From Escherichia coli (GTDB lineage: Bacteria > Pseudomonadota > Gammaproteobacteria > Enterobacterales > Enterobacteriaceae): a DNA stretch of 64,000 bases. The stretch lies in the NCBI RefSeq assembly GCF_030013595.1, contig NZ_CP122768.1. The stretch is one strand, 5' to 3'. Under the pieces are notes generated by a model. That model was not told where the DNA came from, made no database searches, and saw only the letters and a program-made list of their open reading frames with translations. The position numbers were made by a program, and so were the translations under genes. Position 1 is the first letter of the stretch, and every line of letters starts with the position of its first letter. Shown here one piece after another: positions 1 through 14,286 of the stretch.

Positions 1-362
1 CGATCATCAACCTCGGTTTCTGCTTCATTCGTCTGGCAAAAGTGAAGGATTTGTCGCTAAAAGCCGACTTTTCGCTGGCAAAACCGCTGATCATTCACAA
101 CGTGTTACTCTCGGCACTGGGCGGTTTGATGTGGTATCTGCAATTCTTTTTCTATGCCTGGGGCCACGCCCGCATTCCGGCGCAGTATGACTACATCAGC
201 TGGATGCTGCATATGAGCTTCTATGTATTGTGCGGCGGTATCGTCGGGCTGGTGCTGAAAGAGTGGAACAATGCAGGTCGCCGTCCGGTAACGGTGTTGA
301 GCCTCGGTTGTGTGGTGATTATTGTCGCCGCCAACATCGTCGGCATGGGCATGGCGAATTAA
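1..362 (+). CDS. rhaT: L-rhamnose-proton symporter RhaT, C-terminal part (5' end lies outside the window)
   Basis: Open frame from window edge to stop at 362; hydrophobic membrane-protein translation ending ...IVGMGMAN; convergent with rhaR as in K-12. Confidence 0.85.
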   Translation, partial: IINLGFCFIRLAKVKDLSLKADFSLAKPLIIHNVLLSALGGLMWYLQFFFYAWGHARIPAQYDYISWMLHMSFYVLCGGIVGLVLKEWNNAGRRPVTVLSLGCVVIIVAANIVGMGMAN

Positions 363-1207
363 TCTTTCTGCGAATTGAGATGACGCCACTGGCTGGGCGT
401 CATCCCGGTTTCCCGGGTAAACACCACCGAAAAATAGTTACTATCTTCAAAGCCACATTCGGTTGAAATATCACTGATTAACAGGCGGCTATGCTGGAGA
501 AGATATTGCGCATGACACACTCTGACCTGCCGCAGATATTGATTGATGGTCATGCCAGTCTGCTGGCGAAATTGCTGACGCAAAACGCGCTCACTGCACG
601 ATGCCTCATCACAAAATTCATCCAGCGCAAAGGGACTTTTCAGGCTGGCCGCCAGCCGGGTAATCAGCTTATCCAGCAACGTTTCGCTGGATGTTGGCGG
701 CAACGAATCGCTGGTGTAACGATGGCGATTCAGCAACATCACCAACTGCCCGAACAGCAACTCTGCCATTTCGTTAGCAAACGCCACATGCTGACTACTT
801 TCATGCTCAAGTTGACCGATAACCTGCCGCGCCTGCGCCATCCCCACGCTACCTAAGCGCCAGTGTGGTTGCCTTGCGCTGGCGCTAAATCCCGGAATCG
901 CCCCCTGCCAGTCAAGATTCAGCTTCAGCCGCTCCGGGCAATAAATAATATTCTGCAAAACCAGATCGTTAACGGAAGCGTAGGAGTGTTTATCGTCAGC
1001 ATGAATGTAAAAGAGATCGCCACGGGTAATGCGATAAGGGCGATCGTTGAGTACATGCAGACCATTACCGCGCCAGACAATTACCAGCTCACAAAAATCA
1101 TGTGTATGTTCAGCAAAGACATCTTGCGGATAACGGTCAGCCACAGCGACTGCCTGCTGGTCGCTGGCAAAAAAATCATCTTTGAGAAGTTTTAACTGAT
1201 GCGCCAC
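359..1207 (-). CDS. rhaR: AraC-family rhamnose regulator RhaR
   Basis: ORF 359..1318; C-terminal AraC HTH; start set to GTG at 1205..1207 (V-A-H-Q-L-K) giving 282 aa as in K-12. Confidence 0.9.
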   Translation of the reverse strand: MAHQLKLLKDDFFASDQQAVAVADRYPQDVFAEHTHDFCELVIVWRGNGLHVLNDRPYRITRGDLFYIHADDKHSYASVNDLVLQNIIYCPERLKLNLDWQGAIPGFSASARQPHWRLGSVGMAQARQVIGQLEHESSQHVAFANEMAELLFGQLVMLLNRHRYTSDSLPPTSSETLLDKLITRLAASLKSPFALDEFCDEASCSERVLRQQFRQQTGMTINQYLRQVRVCHAQYLLQHSRLLISDISTECGFEDSNYFSVVFTRETGMTPSQWRHLNSQKD

Positions 1208-1280
1208 CGTGGCTACCTCGGCCAGAGAACGAAGTTGATTATTCGCAATATGGCGTACAAATACGTTGAGAAGATTCGCG

Positions 1281-2117
1281 TTATTGCAGAAAACCATCCC
1301 GTCCCTGGCGAATATCACGCGGTGACCAGTTAAACTCTCGGCGAAAAAGCGTCGAAAAGTGGTTACTGTCGCTAAATCCGCAGCGATAGGCGATGTCAGT
1401 AACGCTGGCCTCGCTGTGGCGTAGCAGATGTCGGGCTTTCATCAGTCGCAGGCGGTTCAGGTAACGCTGAGGCGTCAGTCCCGTTTTCTGCTTAAGCTGC
1501 CGATGTAGCGTACGCAGCGAAAGAGAAAATTGATCCGCCACGGCATCCCAATTTACCTCATCGGCAAAATGGTCCTCCAGCCAGGCCAGAAGCAAGTTGA
1601 GACGTGACGCGCTGTTTTCCAGGTTCTCCTGCAAACTGCTTTTACGCAGCAAGAGCAGTAATTGCATAAATAAGATCTCGCGACTGGCGGTCGAGGGTAA
1701 ATCATTTTCCTCTTCCTGCTGTTCCATCTGTGCAACCAGCTGTCGCACCTGCTGCAACACGCTGTGGTTAACGCGCCAGTGAGACGGATACTGCCCATCC
1801 AGCTCTTGTGGCAGCAACTGATTCAGCCCGGCGAGAAACTGAAATCGATCCGGCGAGCGATACAGCACATTGGTCAGACACAGATTATCGGTATGTTCAT
1901 ACAGATGCCGATCATGATCGCGTACGAAACAGACCGTGCCACCGGTGATGGTATAGGGCTGCCCATTAAACACATGAATACCCGTGCCATGTTCGACAAT
2001 CACAATTTCATGAAAATCATGATGATGTTCAGGAAAATCCGCCTGCGGGAGCCGGGGTTCTATCGCCACGGACGCGTTACCAGACGGAAAAAAATCCACA
2101 CTATGTAATACGGTCAT
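1281..2117 (-). CDS. rhaS: AraC-family rhamnose activator RhaS
   Basis: 278-aa ORF matching recalled RhaS sequence; overlaps rhaR start region; divergent from rhaB. Confidence 0.95.
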   Translation of the reverse strand: MTVLHSVDFFPSGNASVAIEPRLPQADFPEHHHDFHEIVIVEHGTGIHVFNGQPYTITGGTVCFVRDHDRHLYEHTDNLCLTNVLYRSPDRFQFLAGLNQLLPQELDGQYPSHWRVNHSVLQQVRQLVAQMEQQEEENDLPSTASREILFMQLLLLLRKSSLQENLENSASRLNLLLAWLEDHFADEVNWDAVADQFSLSLRTLHRQLKQKTGLTPQRYLNRLRLMKARHLLRHSEASVTDIAYRCGFSDSNHFSTLFRREFNWSPRDIRQGRDGFLQ

Positions 2118-5130
<3,013 letters not shown>

Positions 5131-5135
5131 ACACT

Positions 5136-5166
5136 GCCGGATGCGGCGCGAGCGCCTTATTCGGCC
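5136..5166. repeat. REP element (gccggatgcggcg...ccttattcggcc palindrome) between rhaA and rhaD
   Basis: Imperfect palindrome with REP consensus GCCGGATGCGGCG seen directly. Confidence 0.6.
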
Positions 5167-5212
5167 GACAGATCGTGCATCCGACAACACCGAATTTACA
5201 GGAACACCGAAC

Positions 5213-6037
5213 ATGCAAAACATTACTCAGTCCTGGTTTGTCCAGGGAATGATTAAAGCCACCACCGACGCCTGGCTGAAAGGCTGGGACGAGCGCAACG
5301 GCGGCAACCTGACGCTACGCCTGGATGACGCCGATATCGCGCTTTATCACGACAACTTCCACCCACAACCGCGCTATATTCCGCTCAGTCAACCCATGCC
5401 TTTACTGGCAAATACGCCGTTTATTGTCACCGGCTCCGGCAAATTCTTCCGTAACGTCCAGCTCGATCCTGCAGCTAACTTAGGCGTCGTAAAAGTCGAC
5501 AGCGATGGCGCGGGCTACCATATTCTCTGGGGGTTAACCAACGAAGCCGTCCCCACTTCCGAACTTCCGGCGCACTTCCTTTCCCACTGCGAGCGTATTA
5601 AAGCCACCAACGGTAAAGATCGGGTGATCATGCACTGCCATGCCACCAACCTGATCGCCCTTACCTACGTACTGGAAAACGACACCGCGGTCTTCACTCG
5701 CCAACTGTGGGAAGGCAGCACCGAATGTCTGGTAGTGTTCCCGGATGGCGTCGGCATTTTGCCGTGGATGGTGCCCGGCACGGACGAAATCGGCCAGGCG
5801 ACCGCACAGGAAATGCAAAAACATTCGCTGGTGTTGTGGCCCTTCCACGGCGTCTTCGGCAGCGGTCCGACACTGGATGAAACATTCGGTTTAATCGACA
5901 CCGCAGAAAAATCAGCACAAGTATTAGTGAAGGTTTATTCGATGGGCGGCATGAAACAGACCATCAGCCGTGAAGAGCTGATAGCGCTCGGCCAGCGTTT
6001 CGGCGTTACACCACTCGCCAGTGCGCTGGCGCTGTAA
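5213..6037 (+). CDS. rhaD: Rhamnulose-1-phosphate aldolase
   Basis: ORF 5123..6037; start set at ATG 5213 ([10 protein letters not shown]) giving 274 aa. Confidence 0.95.
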   Translation: MQNITQSWFVQGMIKATTDAWLKGWDERNGGNLTLRLDDADIALYHDNFHPQPRYIPLSQPMPLLANTPFIVTGSGKFFRNVQLDPAANLGVVKVDSDGAGYHILWGLTNEAVPTSELPAHFLSHCERIKATNGKDRVIMHCHATNLIALTYVLENDTAVFTRQLWEGSTECLVVFPDGVGILPWMVPGTDEIGQATAQEMQKHSLVLWPFHGVFGSGPTLDETFGLIDTAEKSAQVLVKVYSMGGMKQTISREELIALGQRFGVTPLASALAL

Positions 6038-6046
6038 GGAGCAAAC

Positions 6047-6361
6047 ATGATCCGCAAAGCCTTTGTCATGCAGGTTAACCCCGACGCCCACGAAGAGTAT
6101 CAGCGTCGGCATAATCCAATCTGGCCGGAACTGGAAGCAGTGTTGAAATCTCACGGTGCGCATAACTACGCCATTTACCTCGACAAAGCGCGTAATCTGC
6201 TGTTTGCCACGGTAGAGATTGAATCTGAAGAACGGTGGAATGCGGTAGCCAGTACTGATGTTTGCCAACGTTGGTGGAAGTATATGACCGACGTTATGCC
6301 CGCTAACCCGGATAACAGCCCGGTGAGTAGCGAGCTGCAAGAAGTGTTTTACCTGCCTTAA
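6047..6361 (+). CDS. rhaM: L-rhamnose mutarotase
   Basis: 104-aa ORF directly after rhaD. Confidence 0.9.
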
Positions 6362-6401
6362 TGAGTTGCGGTGCCGGAAAATATCCAGCACCGCGCCTTC
6401 A

Positions 6402-7796
6402 TCAGAAGAAGTATTTAAAGCGAACGCGTGCCCCGTAACGGTCATCAGTATCATCACCGTGTTTTTTATCACCGTCGCTATCCAGAATGGAGTAATACGT
6501 CCCGAGGTAAATATTAAAGTTCTCCATATCCATCACATTAGCGAACTGATAAGACGCATGAATGGTGTGAATGGTGTACGTCCCTTCATCATCAATCCAG
6601 CAGTCGTTATCACAAACTACACCGCTGAATTCATCAATCTTATTGTGCGCGTAGATATAACCCAGCTCGAAACGTTTCCACAGCGCGTTAATCCCGGCAG
6701 TGAAATCTTTCTCATTATTAGCATCTAAATAGGCGGTATTAAGATTAACCACGACGCCATTTTCCGGATCCGTTTTCAGGCCATTCCAGGTCATGCTCAT
6801 ACCATAGCCGGTACGATCGGACTGATCGACAAAATTACCCTTGCTATCGGTATAACCATAAGCATTATTTACCACGTTCGCTTCCATCGCTGCGGAAACG
6901 GTAAATTCTTCCGTCGGCGACCAGGCAATTACCGGACGCAGATAAGCAACATTTTTCTGCTGCTCCATATCGCGCCCATGATAATTACCGTCATTATATA
7001 AAGATGTTCCGTCTTCAAGTAACGTGTTTAATTCAAAATACCAGTTATCAAGTTGTTTGCTGACGAGAAAATTACCGCCAGCGTTAGAGCGCCCGCGGCC
7101 CTCTTTCATCATATAGATATAACCGCTGCCATCGTCATAAAGATCGTTCGCAGTATTACCGGAATGTTCAACAAAGGTATCCTGATTCAGCGGGAACATA
7201 TCGTAGGCTTCAAAACGGCCTACTTTGACCTTCCAGTCGTTTTCTTTGCCAAAGAAGAATACCGCATCATCGATATTTACTGAACCGTGCATATCCCCCA
7301 GCGGTTGTGCGGAGAACCCGGCGAAATAGCCATTAGCCAGTTTTCGCATACCATCAAAACCTAACAGAATACGACCATTGAGATTCCACTGTTCATTAGT
7401 GGGATCGCTATTCACATCAGCGTTGGTCATTGCCAGCAGGCCATGATTACTTTCTGCATCCATATTAAATTCTACGTCGCCGTAGATTTTTAAATCGCCA
7501 TAACCTGAGAGCAAAAGATTAGGTGAGGTGGAATTTTTCTTTGCAGATTCCGCCGTTGCCTGTCCATTTACCGGCGTATTGCCCTGGGCAGCCTTAATTT
7601 CGCGGATCTCAGCGGCTTGTTGTGTCTGCAGCTGTTTAACCTGGCTCTCTGCTTTTGCTGCCCGCATTTCTGCAGCTTCCAGGCGTTCTTCCAGCAATGC
7701 CATGCGTTGTTCCAGCGTTAAATGCTGTGTTTTTGCCATTCCGGTACTACATGCCAATAATAAACCGATGGCTAAAGATAATGTCGATTTTTTCAT
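6402..7796 (-). CDS. Outer-membrane carbohydrate-porin-like protein with N-terminal coiled-coil extension (LamB/ScrY-type)
   Basis: 464 aa; signal peptide MKKSTLSLAIGLLLACSTGMA; Ala/Glu/Gln-rich heptad region; Tyr/Gly/Asn-rich beta-barrel-like body; C-terminal ...RFKYFF; lower GC than flanks. Confidence 0.75.
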   Translation of the reverse strand: MKKSTLSLAIGLLLACSTGMAKTQHLTLEQRMALLEERLEAAEMRAAKAESQVKQLQTQQAAEIREIKAAQGNTPVNGQATAESAKKNSTSPNLLLSGYGDLKIYGDVEFNMDAESNHGLLAMTNADVNSDPTNEQWNLNGRILLGFDGMRKLANGYFAGFSAQPLGDMHGSVNIDDAVFFFGKENDWKVKVGRFEAYDMFPLNQDTFVEHSGNTANDLYDDGSGYIYMMKEGRGRSNAGGNFLVSKQLDNWYFELNTLLEDGTSLYNDGNYHGRDMEQQKNVAYLRPVIAWSPTEEFTVSAAMEANVVNNAYGYTDSKGNFVDQSDRTGYGMSMTWNGLKTDPENGVVVNLNTAYLDANNEKDFTAGINALWKRFELGYIYAHNKIDEFSGVVCDNDCWIDDEGTYTIHTIHASYQFANVMDMENFNIYLGTYYSILDSDGDKKHGDDTDDRYGARVRFKYFF

Positions 7797-8272
7797 TATT
7801 TACGTTCCCTGAAATAAAAGAGACCCTACGCTTTCCAAAAGGAATACGTATATAGAGAAATATAAGGTGTGCACTTTCGAATTTTTAATCCAACTTCAGC
7901 AGGCCGATGGATAGTATCCCGCTGCATAATATGAGTAAATCCGCTGATTTCCTGGAACGTGAGGAATATAACAATAGTGCCGTTTTTAACCAAATATCGT
8001 AAAAAATATTAGATATAATTCACGCTGACTCATAAGCCACAAATATAAATAACCTTGCTGCAAAACATGTGCGGCAGTTAAACATTCACAACATCATTAA
8101 ATAATGATTTTTTATTCACTGCATTTATTTTGCCCATCAATATGTGCCTTACACCGCAAAATTTATCCTTCACTCTGCCTTATATTGTCACGACTTCACG
8201 ACATATCCGCGCTCATCACAAAACCGCCCCGCCGTTACAATTAACTATAATATTTTTTCATGGAGTCCAATA

Positions 8273-8719
8273 ATGGCAGCACTTACTGCAAGCTGTATTG
8301 ACCTGAATATTCAGGGCAATGGCACTTATTCCGTTCTGAAGCAGTTGGCGACAATGGCGTTACAAAACGGTTTTATCACCGACTCACATCAATTCCTGCA
8401 AACCCTGCTGCTGCGCGAAAAAATGCACTCCACGGGATTTGGTTCCGGTGTCGCCGTGCCGCACGGTAAAAGCGCCTGCGTTAAACAACCGTTCGTGTTA
8501 TTCGCCCGCAAAGCGCAGGCCATTGACTGGCAGGCCAGCGATGGCGAAGACGTCAATTGTTGGATCTGCCTCGGCGTGCCGCAAAGTGGCGAAGAGGAAC
8601 AGGTCAAAATCATCGGCACACTATGCCGCAAAATTATCCACCAGGATTTTATCGACCAACTGCGACAGGGCGACGCCGACCAGGTGCTTGCTTTGTTAAA
8701 TCAAACCCTCAGCTCATAA
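8273..8719 (+). CDS. frvA: PTS fructose-like EIIA component
   Basis: Start set to ATG 8273 inside ORF 8144..8719; 148 aa. Confidence 0.9.
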   Translation: MAALTASCIDLNIQGNGTYSVLKQLATMALQNGFITDSHQFLQTLLLREKMHSTGFGSGVAVPHGKSACVKQPFVLFARKAQAIDWQASDGEDVNCWICLGVPQSGEEEQVKIIGTLCRKIIHQDFIDQLRQGDADQVLALLNQTLSS

Positions 8720-8723
8720 GGAA

Positions 8724-10181
8724 GTGGCGATGGAGTCATCCTTACGTATTGTCGCGATCACCAACTGCCCCGCCGGGATCGCTCACACCTACATGGTGGC
8801 GGAAGCCCTGGAACAGAAAGCCCGTTCTCTCGGTCATACCATTAAAGTTGAAACTCAAGGATCAAGCGGCGTCGAAAACCGCTTATCCAGCGAAGAGATT
8901 GCCGCTGCCGATTACGTGATTTTCGCCACCGGGCGTGGCCTGAGCGGTGACGATCGCGCGCGATTTGCCGGGAAAATGGTTTATGAGATTGCCATCTCCC
9001 AGGCGCTGAAAAATATCGACCAGATTTTCAGTGAATTACCGACAAACTCACAGCTTTTTGCCGCAGATAGCGGCGTGAAGCTCGGCAAACAGGAAGTGCA
9101 AAGTGGCAGCGTAATGAGCCATCTGATGGCGGGTGTCTCTGCGGCGCTGCCGTTTGTCATCGGTGGCGGTATCCTGGTGGCGCTTGCCAACATGCTGGTG
9201 CAGTTCGGTTTGCCGTATACCGATATGTCGAAAGGCGCGCCGTCGTTTACCTGGGTGGTTGAATCCATCGGTTATCTCGGCTTCACCTTTATGATCCCCA
9301 TCATGGGCGCTTATATTGCCTCGTCGATTGCCGATAAACCCGCTTTCGCTCCGGCGTTTCTGGTTTGCTATCTGGCGAATGACAAAGCCCTGCTCGGCAC
9401 CCAGTCTGGCGCGGGCTTCCTCGGCGCGGTGGTGCTGGGGCTGGCGATTGGCTATTTCGTCTTCTGGTTCCGTAAAGTGCGCCTTGGCAAAGCATTACAA
9501 CCGCTGCTCGGTTCCATGCTGATCCCGTTCGTCACTCTGCTGGTTTTCGGCGTACTGACTTACTACGTTATCGGACCGGTGATGTCCGACCTCATGGGCG
9601 GGTTGCTGCACTTCCTGAACACCATTCCTCCGTCAATGAAGTTTGCGGCAGCGTTTTTGGTCGGTGCGATGCTGGCGTTCGATATGGGCGGCCCTATCAA
9701 TAAAACCGCCTGGTTCTTCTGCTTCTCACTGCTGGAAAAACACATTTACGACTGGTACGCCATCGTCGGCGTTGTCGCGCTGATGCCGCCTGTCGCGGCG
9801 GGTCTTGCGACGTTCATTGCGCCCAAACTGTTTACCCGACAGGAAAAAGAGGCTGCCAGTAGTGCCATTGTGGTCGGTGCCACAGTCGCAACCGAACCGG
9901 CTATTCCTTACGCTCTGGCAGCTCCGTTGCCGATGATTACCGCCAATACGCTGGCGGGCGGTATTACCGGCGTGCTGGTGATCGCTTTCGGAATCAAACG
10001 TCTGGCGCCAGGTTTGGGTATCTTTGACCCGCTGATCGGCCTGATGTCGCCGGTGGGTTCGTTTTATCTGGTGCTGGCGATTGGCCTCGCGCTGAACATT
10101 TCATTCATTATCGTCCTGAAAGGATTATGGTTACGCCGCAAAGCCAAAGCTGCGCAACAGGAGCTTGTCCATGAACATTGA
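8724..10181 (+). CDS. frvB: PTS fructose-like EIIBC component
   Basis: 485-aa polytopic membrane protein directly after frvA. Confidence 0.9.
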   Translation: MAMESSLRIVAITNCPAGIAHTYMVAEALEQKARSLGHTIKVETQGSSGVENRLSSEEIAAADYVIFATGRGLSGDDRARFAGKMVYEIAISQALKNIDQIFSELPTNSQLFAADSGVKLGKQEVQSGSVMSHLMAGVSAALPFVIGGGILVALANMLVQFGLPYTDMSKGAPSFTWVVESIGYLGFTFMIPIMGAYIASSIADKPAFAPAFLVCYLANDKALLGTQSGAGFLGAVVLGLAIGYFVFWFRKVRLGKALQPLLGSMLIPFVTLLVFGVLTYYVIGPVMSDLMGGLLHFLNTIPPSMKFAAAFLVGAMLAFDMGGPINKTAWFFCFSLLEKHIYDWYAIVGVVALMPPVAAGLATFIAPKLFTRQEKEAASSAIVVGATVATEPAIPYALAAPLPMITANTLAGGITGVLVIAFGIKRLAPGLGIFDPLIGLMSPVGSFYLVLAIGLALNISFIIVLKGLWLRRKAKAAQQELVHEH

Positions 10182-11241
10182 GTTACTGCAACAGTTGTGC
10201 GAAGCCAGCGCCGTCAGCGGCGATGAACAGGAGGTTCGCGACATTCTGATAAACACGCTGAAATCCTGCGTGAATGAAATAACCTTCGATGGGCTGGGCA
10301 GCTTTGTTGCCCGTAAGGGAAGTAAAGGTCCAAAAGTTGCCGTTGTCGGGCATATGGATGAAGTCGGCTTTATGGTCACCCACATCGACGAGAGCGGTTT
10401 TCTGCGCTTTACCACCATTGGCGGCTGGTGGAATCAGTCGATGCTCAACCACCGGGTAACCATACGCACACACAAGGGATTTAAAATCCCTGGTGTGATT
10501 GGTTCCGTCGCGCCACATGCGTTAACCGAAAAGCAAAAGCAACAGCCGCTGTCATTTGATGAGATGTTCATTGATATTGGCGCGAACAGCCGCGAAGAAG
10601 CGGAAAAACGCGGCGTGGAAATTGGTAATTTTATTAGCCCGGAAGCCAATTTTGCCTGCTGGGGCGAAGATAAAGTGGTCGGCAAGGCGTTGGATAACCG
10701 CATCGGCTGCGCAATGATGGCTGAGCTATTGCAGACGGTGAATAATCCCGAAATTACGCTGTATGGCGTTGGCAGTGTGGAAGAAGAAGTTGGCCTGCGC
10801 GGGGCGCAAACCTCGGCTGAACACATTAAACCGGATGTGGTGATCGTGCTGGATACCGCCGTAGCGGGCGATGTTCCGGGCATTGATAACATAAAATACC
10901 CGCTGAAACTGGGCCAGGGGCCGGGGCTGATGCTGTTTGACAAGCGCTACTTCCCCAACCAGAAACTGGTAGCAGCGTTAAAAAGCTGTGCCGCACATAA
11001 TGATTTACCGCTGCAATTTTCCACTATGAAAACCGGTGCGACGGATGGCGGGCGCTACAACGTGATGGGTGGCGGTCGCCCGGTTGTCGCGCTGTGCCTG
11101 CCAACTCGTTATCTGCACGCCAACAGCGGCATGATTTCAAAAGCCGATTACGATGCTCTGCTCACGTTGATACGGGATTTTCTGACCACCTTAACCGCGG
11201 AGAAAGTCAACGCGTTTAGCCAGTTCCGTCAGGTGGATTAA
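10165..11241 (+). CDS. frvX: M42-family peptidase/cellulase-like protein FrvX
   Basis: 358-aa ORF overlapping frvB by 17 nt. Confidence 0.9.
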   Translation: MSMNIELLQQLCEASAVSGDEQEVRDILINTLKSCVNEITFDGLGSFVARKGSKGPKVAVVGHMDEVGFMVTHIDESGFLRFTTIGGWWNQSMLNHRVTIRTHKGFKIPGVIGSVAPHALTEKQKQQPLSFDEMFIDIGANSREEAEKRGVEIGNFISPEANFACWGEDKVVGKALDNRIGCAMMAELLQTVNNPEITLYGVGSVEEEVGLRGAQTSAEHIKPDVVIVLDTAVAGDVPGIDNIKYPLKLGQGPGLMLFDKRYFPNQKLVAALKSCAAHNDLPLQFSTMKTGATDGGRYNVMGGGRPVVALCLPTRYLHANSGMISKADYDALLTLIRDFLTTLTAEKVNAFSQFRQVD

Positions 11242-12989
11242 TGCTAAACGAACGCCAGTTAAAGATTGTCGATCTGCTGGAGCAACAGCCACGCACGCCT
11301 TGCGAGCTGGCGCAACAGACTGGCGTTTCTGGCAGGACCATCCTGCGTGATATTGACTATCTCAACTTTACCCTTAACGGCAAAGCCCGCATTTCTGCCA
11401 GTGGTAGTGCGGGCTATCAGCTGGAAATCTTCGAGCGCCGCAGCTTTTTTCAGTTGCTGCAAAAGCACGATAACGACGATCGGCTGCTGGCGCTGTTATT
11501 ACTGAATACTTTCACTCCCCGTGCGCAACTCGCCTCGGCGCTTAATTTGCCAGAAACGTGGGTCGCAGAGCGTCTGCCCCGCCTGAAACAGCGCTATGAA
11601 CGCGGTTTTTGTCTCGCTAGTCGCCCTGGTTTGGGCCATTTCATTGATGAGACAGAAGAGAAACGCATTATTTTGCTGGCGAATCTTTTACGCAAAGATC
11701 CGTTTTTAATTCCTCTGGCGGGCGTAACACGAGACAACCTTCAGCAATTATCCACGGTCTGCGACAACCAACACCGCTGGCCGCTGATGCAGGGTGATTA
11801 TCTCTCCAGCCTGATTCTGGCGATTTACGCCCTGCGTAATCAACTGACCGATGAGTGGCCGCAATATCCCGGTGACGAGATAAAACAAATCGTTGAACAA
11901 AGCGGCCTGTTTCTTGGTGATAACGCTGTAAGAACCCTGACGGGGTTGATAGAGAAACAGCATCAGCAAGCGCAGGTAATTTCAGCCGATAATGTGCAGG
12001 GGTTGCTGCAAAGAGTGCCGGGCATCGCGTCATTGAATATTATTGATACGCAGCTGGTTGAGAATATTACCGGGCATTTATTACGTTGCCTTGCCGCACC
12101 GGTGTGGATTGCTGAGCACCGCCAAAGCAGCATGAATAACCTGAAAGCCGCCTGGCCTGCGGCTTTTGATATGAGTCTGCACTTTATTACGCTACTGCGT
12201 GAACAGCTCGATATTCCCCTTTTCGACAGCGATCTGATCGGTTTGTATTTTGCCTGTGCGCTGGAACGACATCAAAACGAACGCCAGCCGATCATTTTGC
12301 TCTCGGACCAGAACGCGATTGCCACCATTAATCAGCTCGCCATTGAGCGCGATGTTTTACATTGTCGGGTGATTATTGCCCGTAGCTTAAGCGAACTTGT
12401 TGCCATTCGCGAAGAAATTGAGCCGTTATTGATCATTAACAACAGTCATTATTTACTGGATGACGCGGTAAATAATTACATCACCGTAAAAAATATCATT
12501 ACGGCTGCCGGTATCGAACAAATAAAACATTTTCTGGCGACGGCGTTTATTCGCCAGCAGCCGGAGCGTTTTTTCTCTGCCCCCGGAAGTTTTCATTTTT
12601 CGAATGTACGCGGTGAAAGCTGGCAACATATTACCCGGCAAATATGTGCACAATTAGTGACGCAACACCATATCACCGCCGATGAAGCGCAGCGCATCAT
12701 CGCCCGCGAAGGCGAAGGTGAAAACCTGATTGTTAATCGCCTCGCCATCCCCCATTGCTGGAGCGAACAGGAGCGACGTTTTCGTGGATTTTTTATTACC
12801 CTCGCCCACCCGATCGAGGTGAATAACGAAGTCATTAACCACGTGTTGATCGCCTGTGCCGCCGCCGATGCGCGTCACGAGTTGAAAATATTCAGCTATC
12901 TTGCCAGCGTCCTGTGTCAGCATCCGGCAGAAGTTATTGCCGGGTTAACAGGATATGAGGCATTTATGGAGTTACTTCACAAGGGGTGA
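11241..12989 (+). CDS. frvR: frv operon regulator with HTH and PTS regulation domains
   Basis: 582-aa ORF whose start overlaps frvX stop. Confidence 0.9.
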   Translation: MLNERQLKIVDLLEQQPRTPCELAQQTGVSGRTILRDIDYLNFTLNGKARISASGSAGYQLEIFERRSFFQLLQKHDNDDRLLALLLLNTFTPRAQLASALNLPETWVAERLPRLKQRYERGFCLASRPGLGHFIDETEEKRIILLANLLRKDPFLIPLAGVTRDNLQQLSTVCDNQHRWPLMQGDYLSSLILAIYALRNQLTDEWPQYPGDEIKQIVEQSGLFLGDNAVRTLTGLIEKQHQQAQVISADNVQGLLQRVPGIASLNIIDTQLVENITGHLLRCLAAPVWIAEHRQSSMNNLKAAWPAAFDMSLHFITLLREQLDIPLFDSDLIGLYFACALERHQNERQPIILLSDQNAIATINQLAIERDVLHCRVIIARSLSELVAIREEIEPLLIINNSHYLLDDAVNNYITVKNIITAAGIEQIKHFLATAFIRQQPERFFSAPGSFHFSNVRGESWQHITRQICAQLVTQHHITADEAQRIIAREGEGENLIVNRLAIPHCWSEQERRFRGFFITLAHPIEVNNEVINHVLIACAAADARHELKIFSYLASVLCQHPAEVIAGLTGYEAFMELLHKG

Positions 12990-13588
12990 ACTGTGTCGGA
13001 TGCGCCGCATCCGACACTGCATTTATCACCAAAATCAAAAATGTTTAACGCAAGCTATTATAGTCATCGACCATTTCGTTGTACTCGCGTAACGCTCGCG
13101 GAAATGAGTCGTCGACCATCCAGCTGGTGTTTGCATCCTGAAGTTGCTCTTTATCCCAGTCAGAGTACGGAACTTTATCTCTGACGCGGCGAACATATTT
13201 TTTAGCCTCGAGTTGATACTGGTCTGCCGAATTAATGAACGAGAAATTCATACCGCCTTTATCCGCTTCTTTGGCCTGCGCCACCAGCGTTTCCAGTTCA
13301 GAGACTTTCTTCATTGCCGCATCAACATCAAACTTCTCTTGCGAAATCAGGTTATTAATTTGTTTCGCTGAAATCATGACTGCCAGAGAGTAGTAGTGGA
13401 ATGTTTTCCCTTCTCTTTGTTCAATATTTTTCAGTTCCGCAAGCTGGCGCTTATCGTTAATTTCCTGAATCGCCGCATGATAAGATTCTGCTACAGGTTC
13501 AAAGGCTTCAAGATTTTTTAAGAATGTCTGGTGGGTGATGCTGCCAACTTACTGATTTAGTGTATGATGGTGTTTTTGAGGTGCTCCA

Positions 13589-13864
13589 GTGGCTTCTGTT
13601 TCTATCAGCTGTCCCTCCTGTTCAGCTACTGACGGGGTGGTGCGTAACGGCAAAAGCACCGCCGGACATCAGCGCTATCTCTGCTCTCACTGCCGTAAAA
13701 CATGGCAACTACAGTTCACTTACGCCGCCTCTCAGCCCGGTACGCACCAGAAAATCATTGATATGGCCATGAATGGCGTCGGATGTCGCGCCAGTGCACG
13801 CATTATTGGCGTTGGCCTCAACACGATTTTCCGCCACTTAAAAAACTCAGGCCGCAGTCGGTAA
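13589..13864 (+). CDS. insA: IS1 protein InsA
   Basis: 91-aa [43 protein letters not shown]... (zinc-finger-like). Confidence 0.9.
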   Translation: MASVSISCPSCSATDGVVRNGKSTAGHQRYLCSHCRKTWQLQFTYAASQPGTHQKIIDMAMNGVGCRASARIIGVGLNTIFRHLKNSGRSR

Positions 13865-14286
13865 CCTCGCGCATACAACCGGGCAGTGATGTGATTGTCT
13901 GCGCTGAAATGGACGAACAGTGGGGCTACGTCGGTGCTAAATCACGTCAGCGCTGGCTGTTTTACGCGTATGACAGGATGCGGAGGACGGTTGTGGCGCA
14001 CGTCTTCGGTGAACGCACTCTGGCCACACTGGAGCGTCTTCTGAGCCTGCTGTCGGCCTTTGAGGTCGTGGTATGGATGACGGATGGCTGGCCGCTGTAT
14101 GAATCACGCCTGAAGGGAAAGCTGCACGTTATCAGCAAGCGTTATACTCAGCGCATTGAGCGGCATAACCTGAATCTGAGACAACATCTGGCAAGGCTGG
14201 GACGGAAGTCACTGTCGTTCTCAAAATCGGTGGAGCTGCATGACAAGGTCATCGGGCATTATCTGAACATAAAACACTATCAGTAA
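13783..14286 (+). CDS. insB: IS1 InsB frame (InsAB' transposase made by -1 frameshift at the A6C site near 13840..13846)
   Basis: 167-aa ORF in the -1 frame overlapping insA; slippery ttaaaaaactc motif present. Confidence 0.85.
   Translation: MSRQCTHYWRWPQHDFPPLKKLRPQSVTSRIQPGSDVIVCAEMDEQWGYVGAKSRQRWLFYAYDRMRRTVVAHVFGERTLATLERLLSLLSAFEVVVWMTDGWPLYESRLKGKLHVISKRYTQRIERHNLNLRQHLARLGRKSLSFSKSVELHDKVIGHYLNIKHYQ

Noticed and set aside
359-1318. 319-aa extended RhaR reading frame
   Set aside because: The upstream extension overlaps rhaS; the GTG at 1205..1207 gives the 282-aa RhaR, so the longer call is an ORF-finder artefact.
6366-6728. 120-aa plus-strand ORF
   Set aside because: Antisense to the 3' end of the porin-like gene and begins inside the rhaM terminator region; no support as a gene.
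8144-8272. N-terminal extension of frvA in the 191-aa ORF call
   Set aside because: The extension lies in the AT-rich promoter region; the start at ATG 8273 gives the expected 148-aa EIIA protein.
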